A DNA stretch of 64,000 bases from a bacterium. GTDB lineage: Bacteria > Patescibacteriota > Minisyncoccia > Minisyncoccales > GWA2-46-15. The position numbers and the translations under genes were made by a program. This document shows positions 35,683 through 43,109 of this stretch, piece after piece (the stretch's first letter is position 1; each line of letters starts with the position of its first letter). Location: NCBI GenBank assembly GCA_030704795.1, contig JAUYCZ010000028.1, forward strand, positions 19,202 through 83,201, written 5' to 3'. The notes below the pieces were generated by a model. That model did no database searches, was not told where the DNA came from, and saw only the letters and a program-made list of their open reading frames with translations.

Positions 35683-38215
35683 AGAAAATTACGAGTTTAA
35701 AATCCGGCGTTTCCAGGCTGATTCTTTGCCCTCTTTTTATTTGTCCGGACAGCAAAGCCTGAGCTAAAACGTTTTCTATCTTGTCCTGGATGACTCGGCG
35801 CATTTGACGGGCGCCGAAAACGGGATCATAGCCGAGCCGGGCCACTTCACTGGCCAGCTCGTGGCTGACGATAAATTCTATTCCCTTTTCCGCCAGATTT
35901 TTTTTGAGTTTGTTTAGCATTAATTCAGCAATTTTAAAAAGGTTTTCTTCGGTCAGGCCCTTGAAGACGACGACGGCGTCAAAACGGTTAATGAATTCTG
36001 GCCGGAAGATGCCTTCGTTGAAAACGTGGGCGAGCAGTTTTTCCTTAATGGAAGGCATTTCCAGTTTTTCTTCAATGGCCCGGAGAATGATTTGGTAACC
36101 GGCGTTGGAAGTGGCGATGATGATAGTGTTGAGGAAGTTCACTTTCCGGCCCAGGCCGTCTCTCATCGAGCCTTCGTCGAGCACCGCCAGAAAGAGGTTG
36201 AGGATATTGGGATGGGCTTTCTCTATTTCGTCCAAAAGCACCAGAGAAAAAGGATTCTCTCTGACCTGGGTGACAAAGAAACTTTCTTCTTCGGTTGAAC
36301 CAATCAGTCTTTTTAGGTCCGTAGGATTCTGGAACTCAGAAAGATCGAGGCGGATCATCCGTTCTTCCGAGCGAAAGTAAGTGGCGGCTAAAGCTTTGGC
36401 CGTTTCGGTTTTGCCCACGCCGGTCGGGCCCAGAAACAAGAAAGTTCCCATCGGTCCTTTTCTGATAGTGATGTCGGCCCGGGCGCGCCTCAAGGCCGAG
36501 GAAACTTCTCTGACCGCCTCGTTCTGATTAATAATCCTTTCGTGCAAAAGATTTTCTAGATTGAGCAGATTTTGTTTTTCCTCAATGGAGATTTGGCCAA
36601 CCGGAATTTCGCTTTTTTCTGAAACGATTTGGGCCACGTGCCGGGGCAGAACCAAGGGGTCTTTACTCCTCGAGAGTTCGACCAAGAGTTCGGCCATCAA
36701 GTCCGTCGCTTTCTTGGGAAAAGGAATGGCGGGCAGATAGCGATCGGCTTCAATCACCAGTTCTTTCAGAGCCGGATAGCTGATGAACTTCTTGTATTTT
36801 ACTTCCCAGCCCGGGACGAATAATTGCAGCAACCTAATGGTTTCATCGATAGAAACCTCAGAAACCTCCACCTTTTCAAAAGAGGAAACGATGAGATTAG
36901 GCTCGATGAACCGATGGAAGCTGGCAAAGTCGCTGACGGCGATTAACCGGAACTGGGGAATCCTAAGATAGGCGGCCAGGGTGCCGGAAATATCCACCGT
37001 GCCGGGCCGGAGATGGCCGCCAATGAAGTTATGAAAGTCCTGGATGATTAAAATAATATTAGTGGCCTGAAGGACTTCTTGGAAGATTTGTTCTAAGACG
37101 GCTCCAGCTTCTTCTTGGCTTTCTTTGCGGTTAATGAGCAGGGAAAGATCGAGCTCCACCACTCTTTTGTAATTCAGCTCGGGCAAACTCTCGCCAAAAA
37201 GAATCTTTTGAGTTAGGGCCTGAAGCATCGCTCCTCGGCCAGAGCCTATTTCTCCCACCACCAAGACGTTATTGACCTCTTGTCGGGCCAGGACCCTTTC
37301 TATTTGTCCGATTTCTTTTTCGTGACCAACAATTTCCTCAAACCCCTTTCTCTCAACCATTTCTGTCCAGTCAATGGCGTATTGATCAAGGGTAATGGTG
37401 TAGCCGGCCGCCCAGCTTTTGGCCAGGCCGCCAATCTTAATCAGATTTTTGTATTCCCAGAATCTTTTTTTCTCTTTGATCTTCTTTTGACTACCTTCCC
37501 ACCACCAGGTCAGATTATCGATGTCTTCGGCCTTAAGGCTCGCCTCCACCAGGATTCTTTTGAATAGGGGGCCTTGTTTCGCCAGGCCGGTCAAGAGATT
37601 ACCCTGGCTGATTGAGTCATTGCCCCTTTTCTGAGCATTCCTTAACGACTCGAGTAATAGATCAGAAAAATTTTGTTCTCCGTCGGGTGACGGGAGCGTC
37701 AGGCTTTCTTCGACGATCTTTTGTATTTCTTTCCGATTCATCAATAACCTGGAAAGGACAAAAGAGATCAAGGGTGAGTCGCTGGAAATCAAGGAATAAA
37801 GAATAAGGGTCGTGTTAAGAGGAACTTTGCTTTTTTGGCTGAAACTGATGGCTTTTTCTACCACCTGGGCGGTTTCAAACTCCAGAAAATCCGCTAAATT
37901 GAAATTATCGGGATTAGCCAAAGCTTTTTGCAGGCCGACTTTCAACTTCGGTTTTTTGAGTTTCAATTCAAAAAACAAATTGAGTTGCCACAAAATTGCG
38001 GCCAGAGAAAAAGAAATAATCCCGGCGCCCAAAAGCCGTGAAAGAGACTCGGTTCCCAGGGCATTGGTTAGAAAGCCGTAGAGAAAGATCGAGAAAGAAA
38101 AAAGAAAAAGCAGGCGGAAAACTTTCTGGAAAAGAGATATCAATTGAAAACCAGAACTGCCAATCAGCCGGACGGCTTGAAAGATGGCGCTTTTTCTTAA
38201 GTCAAAATTCTCCAT
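35681..38215 (-). CDS. ClpA/ClpB-family AAA+ ATPase with N-terminal transmembrane region
   Basis: The second AAA module has GPTGVGKTE. The first module's P-loop is degenerate (GEIGSGRGA). The first ~90 aa are hydrophobic. Confidence 0.7.
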   Translation of the reverse strand: MENFDLRKSAIFQAVRLIGSSGFQLISLFQKVFRLLFLFSFSIFLYGFLTNALGTESLSRLLGAGIISFSLAAILWQLNLFFELKLKKPKLKVGLQKALANPDNFNLADFLEFETAQVVEKAISFSQKSKVPLNTTLILYSLISSDSPLISFVLSRLLMNRKEIQKIVEESLTLPSPDGEQNFSDLLLESLRNAQKRGNDSISQGNLLTGLAKQGPLFKRILVEASLKAEDIDNLTWWWEGSQKKIKEKKRFWEYKNLIKIGGLAKSWAAGYTITLDQYAIDWTEMVERKGFEEIVGHEKEIGQIERVLARQEVNNVLVVGEIGSGRGAMLQALTQKILFGESLPELNYKRVVELDLSLLINRKESQEEAGAVLEQIFQEVLQATNIILIIQDFHNFIGGHLRPGTVDISGTLAAYLRIPQFRLIAVSDFASFHRFIEPNLIVSSFEKVEVSEVSIDETIRLLQLFVPGWEVKYKKFISYPALKELVIEADRYLPAIPFPKKATDLMAELLVELSRSKDPLVLPRHVAQIVSEKSEIPVGQISIEEKQNLLNLENLLHERIINQNEAVREVSSALRRARADITIRKGPMGTFLFLGPTGVGKTETAKALAATYFRSEERMIRLDLSEFQNPTDLKRLIGSTEEESFFVTQVRENPFSLVLLDEIEKAHPNILNLFLAVLDEGSMRDGLGRKVNFLNTIIIATSNAGYQIILRAIEEKLEMPSIKEKLLAHVFNEGIFRPEFINRFDAVVVFKGLTEENLFKIAELMLNKLKKNLAEKGIEFIVSHELASEVARLGYDPVFGARQMRRVIQDKIENVLAQALLSGQIKRGQRISLETPDFKLVIF

Positions 38216-38221
38216 TGGGGT

Positions 38222-38620
38222 TTAAAAGAAGAGTCTTATTCCCTGCCAGAGGCTAAAGAAGATCAGAGCGGGCAGAAGAATCCAGACAAGGAAGACCAGA
38301 GCTCCGACCAAGAAGATGATTATCTCCACCAGGATGCCCATGACAATCATGACGCTGCGGACGATGGCGCCCAAGACGCGAGAAATTATATTTGAGAAAA
38401 TTACCTCGGCGTATTTTCCGACGTCAAAACCCCGAGGATAATACCACCGGTACTGCCGCCAATAGGCAAAGAAGGTTTTAAAAAGCAAGGGAATGGAGAA
38501 GTATTCAAAATTAAAAACCAGGATATTTCTCCAGCCTCTTAAAATCCCTCGGGGCGTTTCGACAAACTGCCAGGAAAGCCATTGACTTAAGAGGTTCTTT
38601 TTTTCCGCCGCCTCGATCAT
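38222..38620 (-). CDS. Hypothetical membrane protein
   Basis: 132 aa with two or three TM segments. Confidence 0.45.
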   Translation of the reverse strand: MIEAAEKKNLLSQWLSWQFVETPRGILRGWRNILVFNFEYFSIPLLFKTFFAYWRQYRWYYPRGFDVGKYAEVIFSNIISRVLGAIVRSVMIVMGILVEIIIFLVGALVFLVWILLPALIFFSLWQGIRLFF

Positions 38621-38654
38621 TGATCTATCTTATATCATTTTCCATAAATCAAAA

Positions 38655-38677
38655 AGAGGGGTGGGTAGTCCCCCTCT
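38655..38677 (-). terminator. Rho-independent terminator
   Basis: AGAGGGG/CCCCTCT stem, followed on the minus strand by TTTTTGATTT. Confidence 0.65.
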
Positions 38678-38685
38678 TTGTTTTG

Positions 38686-39006
38686 TCACGCGGGCGTCAA
38701 TTCGGTTCTGGCCCAGTTTTCGATTTCCTGCCATTGGGCGCGATCGCCGGTGGCGCGGATTCTGGATAGGGCTGTGCCGACTTTGTCATCGGTCATGTTA
38801 AATACCCTGGCCTCGAATACCTCGGCGCGGATTCCGGTGAGTATATTCCGGCCGAGGTGCCAGCGGATTGATTGAACCTGATCCTCGTTTAGCGTAGCGG
38901 TTCCTCCGAGCCCCAGGGCTACTTGACCGTGGATGGCTTGAAGAAGTTCCTCTGCGCTGCCCCCATTAACGGCTAGGGCGTTGAGCGCATCAGCTATTCC
39001 GTTCAT
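38686..39006 (-). CDS. GC-rich orphan protein (106 aa)
   Basis: ATG at 39006 preceded by AAGGAG. Lies immediately 3' of tRNA-Val. No motif recognised. Confidence 0.5.
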   Translation of the reverse strand: MNGIADALNALAVNGGSAEELLQAIHGQVALGLGGTATLNEDQVQSIRWHLGRNILTGIRAEVFEARVFNMTDDKVGTALSRIRATGDRAQWQEIENWARTELTPA

Positions 39007-39071
39007 GGATTTCTCCTTTCTCCCGCTACCCTCGGGGATGTGTGAAGGTTCTGTTCCTCCTTTTTGACCAG

Positions 39072-39143
39072 TGGGCACTACAGGGATCGGACCTGTGACC
39101 TCTGCAATGTGAGTGCAGCGCTCTGCCGCTGAGCTAAGTGCCC
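39072..39143 (-). tRNA. tRNA-Val (CAC)
   Basis: Acceptor GGGCACT/AGTGCCC and anticodon loop CTCACAT. The T-loop reads TCCGATC, with C where the near-universal U55 is expected. Confidence 0.75.
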
Positions 39144-39224
39144 GGGCTACTACTTTCTCATTTAAACCTATTTGTTTTTGCCTGTAAAGAGGTATAATAT
39201 TTCAATAGGTTTAAATGAGAAAAG

Positions 39225-39266
39225 ATGAAAATATTTGAATTTCATTTTAATCCCCACCTTCGCTAA
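39225..39266 (+). other. Duplicated gene-start remnant / 13-codon uORF
   Basis: ATGAAAATATTTGAATTTCATTTTAATCCC (MKIFEFHFNP) closely matches the true start at 39315 (MKVFEFIFNP). It stops at the TAA at 39264-66. Confidence 0.5.
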
Positions 39267-39314
39267 ACCTGCCTGCCGGTCAGGCAGGGCTACGGCGGGC
39301 AGGCCGATAATTAT
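39255..39314. repeat. GC-rich palindromic insert (family 2)
   Basis: Contains CCTGCCTGCCGGTCAGGCAGGG (39268-39289). The related perfect palindrome lies at 57746-57765. Confidence 0.65.
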
Positions 39315-41288
39315 ATGAAAGTCTTTGAATTCATTTTTAACCCTGGCGATAAACAAGACTTATTATTTGACAGCTTTTGCTATGAGCCCGGTAGCTCCCA
39401 AGAGCAAAAACTCGGGAGTCTTTATATTATCGGCGAGCTCAAGAATGCCCTGCCTCAGGATTCGAGACTTATCAATAATCTCGCCTTTCTTCTCAAGAGA
39501 GAATATTACTCCGGCTCTTCAGCCGAAGCGACTTTGAAAAAGGCTTTGAAAAAGGCTAATGATTTTCTTTCGGAAAAGACCAAGCTGGGCAATGTCAGCT
39601 GGCTGGGTAATTTATCCTTGACGGTTATTAGTTTGCACGATCTCGACCTGATCTTTAGCAAGGACGGAAAAACTAAAGTTCTTTTATTGAGACCCGGTCA
39701 CATTACTGATATCGGCAAAACCCTGGAAATCGAGGAATTTGAGCCTTATCCTCTGAAAATCTTTACCAATATTGTTGGCGGTAAATTTTTAGAAAACGAT
39801 AAGATTATCGTTCTCACCGAAGAGGTTTTTGAGTTTTTTTCCAAAACCGCTCTTCTGGAAAAAATCTCTCTGGCGCCGGACCAGAAAGCTCTGAAAGAAT
39901 TATTTCAAGACAAGGAAAAGGAATTTTCCCACCTTCGGGGTATTTGTTTTTTGCTTTTCTTGACCAAAGAAATCTCCCCCAAAAGCGAATTAATCTTCAA
40001 AAAAATGGCCACTCCCCTTTCTTTGAAAGATGTTTTTTCTCCCACTCAACGATTCTTTTCCGCCTTCAATCAATCGCTAAGGAGAATTTTCTCGAAACTC
40101 GATTTTTCTAAATTAAAATTAAAACTATTAAACGGAGTAAGTCTGCCCAAGATAAACTGGCCACAATTAAAGGTTTCAGACTTTAAGTTATCTCTTGAGT
40201 GGGAAAACAAAGAAGCGAGAAGAAATCTCCTTTTGATCTTTATCTTGGTTTCTTTTTTGATTCTGGGCTTTCTTTTTGCCCAGAAAGAAGAAGAGATAAA
40301 GGCCCGGAGTTTTCGCGATCGCTTGATCAGCCTTCAGGAAAAAGTTGTTAAAGCCCAAGGCTATTTGGCCTTAAGCCAAAACGAAAAGGCCAACAATCTT
40401 TTTAAGGAGGCTTTCGAAGACACCTTGCCCTTGAGCAGCGAAAATAGCTCGGTTAGCAAAGAAGCACTCGTCTTGAAGGCCCTGGTTGAGAAAAACCTCG
40501 TTGGCCTGAGCCAACTAGAAGAGTTGCCGGATCCCAGGCTCTTATTCTCTTTTGCCAATCAGAATTTTGTTCCTCAGCACTTGGTTGTTTTGGATAAGAC
40601 ACTTTACTTTTTCAGTCCTTACGAAAGAGAAATCGTCAAACTGGTTTCCGACCACGAATTGGAAAGAATCGGGGTCGATGAGGGTTTCAGCTTTGCCGTT
40701 CCCGGCAACAGAGAAATAATCCTGTTTACTAAGCCCAATAAAATCTCTTTCCTGACCGACGATAAGATTGAACTAGCCTTTTCTTTGAAGCTGCCCGATG
40801 CCGAAACGAGCTTTGCCGGCCTCTCCTCTTTTAAAGGAAGCTTGTATTTTCTCGAGAAGGGCACGGGCAAAATTTTTAAATATCAATATCCTTTAGCCAT
40901 CAACCGAGAAGAGCCCCAGTCATGGATTCAGGCCGGAGAAAGAAAGCCCTTAGGGGCGAGGTCGATCGGCGTCACGGGTTCTGTTTTTATTCTTAGCGAA
41001 GACAATTCCATTTGGGAATACCAGGCGGGCCAACTAAAAAAAATTATGAATTTATCGGTTTTTCCCTTTCCCAAAAGGCTGATAAAGCTGGTCATTTGGC
41101 CGCCTTTTTCCAGGTTTGCCATTTTAGAACCTTCAGAGAAGAGGGTTATTCTGATTAATCGATCCGGGTCACTGATCAAACAATTCCGGAGCGAGAAGTT
41201 TCTCGGCCTAAAAGATGCGGCTTTTTCTTCGGACGGTAAGTTCTTGTATCTTCTCAGCGGCCTGGAGGTTTACCAATTGGAGCTGTAG
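39315..41288 (+). CDS. Hypothetical membrane protein (657 aa)
   Basis: Central TM segment LLLIFILVSFLILGFLFA and a C-terminal beta-rich region. Function not recognised. Confidence 0.5.
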   Translation: MKVFEFIFNPGDKQDLLFDSFCYEPGSSQEQKLGSLYIIGELKNALPQDSRLINNLAFLLKREYYSGSSAEATLKKALKKANDFLSEKTKLGNVSWLGNLSLTVISLHDLDLIFSKDGKTKVLLLRPGHITDIGKTLEIEEFEPYPLKIFTNIVGGKFLENDKIIVLTEEVFEFFSKTALLEKISLAPDQKALKELFQDKEKEFSHLRGICFLLFLTKEISPKSELIFKKMATPLSLKDVFSPTQRFFSAFNQSLRRIFSKLDFSKLKLKLLNGVSLPKINWPQLKVSDFKLSLEWENKEARRNLLLIFILVSFLILGFLFAQKEEEIKARSFRDRLISLQEKVVKAQGYLALSQNEKANNLFKEAFEDTLPLSSENSSVSKEALVLKALVEKNLVGLSQLEELPDPRLLFSFANQNFVPQHLVVLDKTLYFFSPYEREIVKLVSDHELERIGVDEGFSFAVPGNREIILFTKPNKISFLTDDKIELAFSLKLPDAETSFAGLSSFKGSLYFLEKGTGKIFKYQYPLAINREEPQSWIQAGERKPLGARSIGVTGSVFILSEDNSIWEYQAGQLKKIMNLSVFPFPKRLIKLVIWPPFSRFAILEPSEKRVILINRSGSLIKQFRSEKFLGLKDAAFSSDGKFLYLLSGLEVYQLEL

Positions 41289-41312
41289 GCCTTTAATCTT
41301 TTCGGACAAAAG

Positions 41313-41342
41313 AAAACACCCTCTTTTTTCGAGGGGTGTTTT
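41313..41342. terminator. Bidirectional terminator
   Basis: AAAACACCCTC-TTTTTT-GAGGGGTGTTTT, between convergent genes. Confidence 0.75.
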
Positions 41343-41352
41343 CAGTTGATGG

Positions 41353-41769
41353 TTATTTTAGTTCTACCTGGGCGCCGGCGGCTTCGAATTTCTTCTTCAT
41401 CTCCTGGGCCTCTTCTTTTTTGACATTCTCTTTGACCATTTGGGGCGCCAGCATCGCCGCTTCAACCAGGTCTTTGGCTTCTTTTAAGCCCTTTTCGGTG
41501 ATATCTCTGACCGCCTTGATGACTTCGATCTTTTTATCGCCGACGGATTTCAGTTCGATATTATAGGTGCTCTTTTCTTCGACGGCTTCGGCAACGACGC
41601 CGGCGGCTTGAGGCATGGCCATCATCGGAGCTGAGGCCGAGACGCCAAACTTCTTTTCCAGAACCTTAACCAGTTCAGAGAGATCAAGCACCGAAAGCTT
41701 CTCGATTTTCTCAACGAGATCTTTGAACTTCGTCGGAACTTCACTTTTCTCTTTGATTTCTTCTGCCAT
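41353..41769 (-). CDS. rplL: 50S ribosomal protein L7/L12
   Basis: KIEVIKAVRDITEKGLKEAKDLVE and the ending AGAQVELK. Confidence 0.9.
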   Translation of the reverse strand: MAEEIKEKSEVPTKFKDLVEKIEKLSVLDLSELVKVLEKKFGVSASAPMMAMPQAAGVVAEAVEEKSTYNIELKSVGDKKIEVIKAVRDITEKGLKEAKDLVEAAMLAPQMVKENVKKEEAQEMKKKFEAAGAQVELK

Positions 41770-41774
41770 AATAT

Positions 41775-42299
41775 TTAGGATTTTATTTTACTTAAAACGA
41801 TAATTAGACCTTTAATGTTTCCTTGGAAAGTATTGATCAAACCGGAGATGGGACTAGCCAGGCTTCCCACGAGTTTAGCCAGTAATGCCTCTTTCGGCGG
41901 TAATTGGGCCAGGGCTAGGAGTTCGTCTTTGCCGACTAAAAGGCCGTCAAAAATCCCGGAAATGAACTTCAGGCTTTCGTGTGTCTGGGAAAACTCATAA
42001 AGTGATTTTAGGGCCCGGATCGAATCTTCAAAGGCAAAAAGAACCGCTACTTCCCCATTCATTTCTTTAACTTTGAGCGATTTCTCCTTCCCTTGATCAG
42101 TTTCCTTAAGGGCTAAATCGATTAAGGTTTTTTTGGCCACTTTCAGATTACCCTGGGCCTCTTTTATTTTACGACGCAAAGCCACCAGGTCTTTTGCTTT
42201 GACGCCCTGAATGTCAGTAAAAACAACTGATTTGGCTTTTTTAAGACTCTCCTTCAGTTCTTCAACGGTCTTTTGTTTTTGTTCTTTGGACTTGGGCAT
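41775..42299 (-). CDS. rplJ: 50S ribosomal protein L10
   Basis: 174 aa, sits upstream of rplL, with the L10 pattern VVFTDIQGVKAKDLVALRRK. Confidence 0.9.
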   Translation of the reverse strand: MPKSKEQKQKTVEELKESLKKAKSVVFTDIQGVKAKDLVALRRKIKEAQGNLKVAKKTLIDLALKETDQGKEKSLKVKEMNGEVAVLFAFEDSIRALKSLYEFSQTHESLKFISGIFDGLLVGKDELLALAQLPPKEALLAKLVGSLASPISGLINTFQGNIKGLIIVLSKIKS

Positions 42300-42339
42300 A
42301 GAAACTTGGGAACTTAGTTTCTAACTTAATAGCGAGTAC

Positions 42340-42365
42340 GATATATCGGGCTACTGCCCGCTATA
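42340..42365. repeat. TATAGCG-hairpin-CGATATATC motif (family 4 copy)
   Basis: GATATATCGGGCTACTGCCCGCTATA, in the rplJ 5' region. Confidence 0.6.
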
Positions 42366-42470
42366 AAAAACTGCGGGTTTTGCCGCAGACAAGAGAAAAT
42401 AACCTTTTTCACCTAAGCAGGGAATTAAGCCTTACGGCACCCGCTGTCTACGGCGACTGAAATCATCCTA
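42365..42470 (-). promoter_or_regulatory. Possible ribosomal protein L10 leader with attenuator hairpin
   Basis: The minus strand reads GCCGTAGACAGCGGGTGCCGTAAGGCTTAATTCCCTGCTTAGG, then CTGCGG-CAAAAC-CCGCAG plus TTTTTT (42388-42365). The position upstream of rplJ fits. Confidence 0.45.
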
Positions 42471-42476
42471 ACAGAA

Positions 42477-43019
42477 TCACTTTAACTTGTCAACAACGGC
42501 TTGGGCAAAAGCCGTCGCCGCCTCGGGGCCATTGGCAGTGATGATTAATCCGTCAACGACAACGGCGGAAGGGACTGAGTAATCGGCCCCTTCTTTTTTT
42601 AGTATCTCGACAAAGCTTTTATCCATATTCGAAGACCAAACCGTTGCCTTTTTATTTTTTAGAACCCCGGCTAAGGCGAGAATGGTCGGGGCAATGCAGA
42701 TGGCTCCCAAAACCTTATTCTCGAGAACGGTTTCCAGGACAATACGTCGGGCGGACTTGTCTTCAAAATAGCGAGAAGCCCCCGAGCCGCCGACAAAAAC
42801 GACGGCGTCAAAATCATGAACCTTGAGTTCAGAGAGAAGAAGGTTAATTTCGGCCTCGCCGCCGTAAACGCCCATGGCCGACCCCATCTTTTCGCTGACC
42901 GTCGTTATCTCAAAACCCGCTTTCTCCAGAACCTCTTTCGGCTCAAAATACTCTTCGTCGCGGAAGTCGCGGAAAGCAATAATTAAAGCGATCTTCTTTT
43001 TCTTTGAGGTTTGAGTCAT
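42477..43019 (-). CDS. DJ-1/PfpI family protein
   Basis: Nucleophile elbow GAICIAP. Length 180 aa. Confidence 0.8.
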   Translation of the reverse strand: MTQTSKKKKIALIIAFRDFRDEEYFEPKEVLEKAGFEITTVSEKMGSAMGVYGGEAEINLLLSELKVHDFDAVVFVGGSGASRYFEDKSARRIVLETVLENKVLGAICIAPTILALAGVLKNKKATVWSSNMDKSFVEILKKEGADYSVPSAVVVDGLIITANGPEAATAFAQAVVDKLK

Positions 43020-43028
43020 GCTTTGTAG

Positions 43029-43057
43029 TATAGCGAGCGGGACACCGCTCGATATAT
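43029..43057. repeat. TATAGCG-hairpin-CGATATAT motif (family 4 copy)
   Basis: TATAGCGAGCGGGACACCGCTCGATATAT, 10 nt upstream of the DJ-1 ATG. A TGCTATAAT box (43070-78) follows for pbpC. Confidence 0.6.
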
Positions 43058-43109
43058 CAGTTTACTAACTGCTATAATAAAGTGAATAAGCCAATAATTC
43101 AAGGAGGAA

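Noticed and set aside
38640-38700. A duplicated tRNA-Val 3' fragment (att site) at the far end of the GC-rich islet, and likewise for tRNA-Glu.
   Set aside because: I looked for the tRNA 3' sequence near the distal boundaries and saw no convincing match, so classical attL/attR evidence is absent for these two islets.
39168-39356. Minus-strand ORF of 62 aa spanning the palindromic insert.
   Set aside because: It is produced by reading through the palindromic GC-rich element and the duplicated gene start. It has no signals and overlaps the true start of the 657-aa gene.
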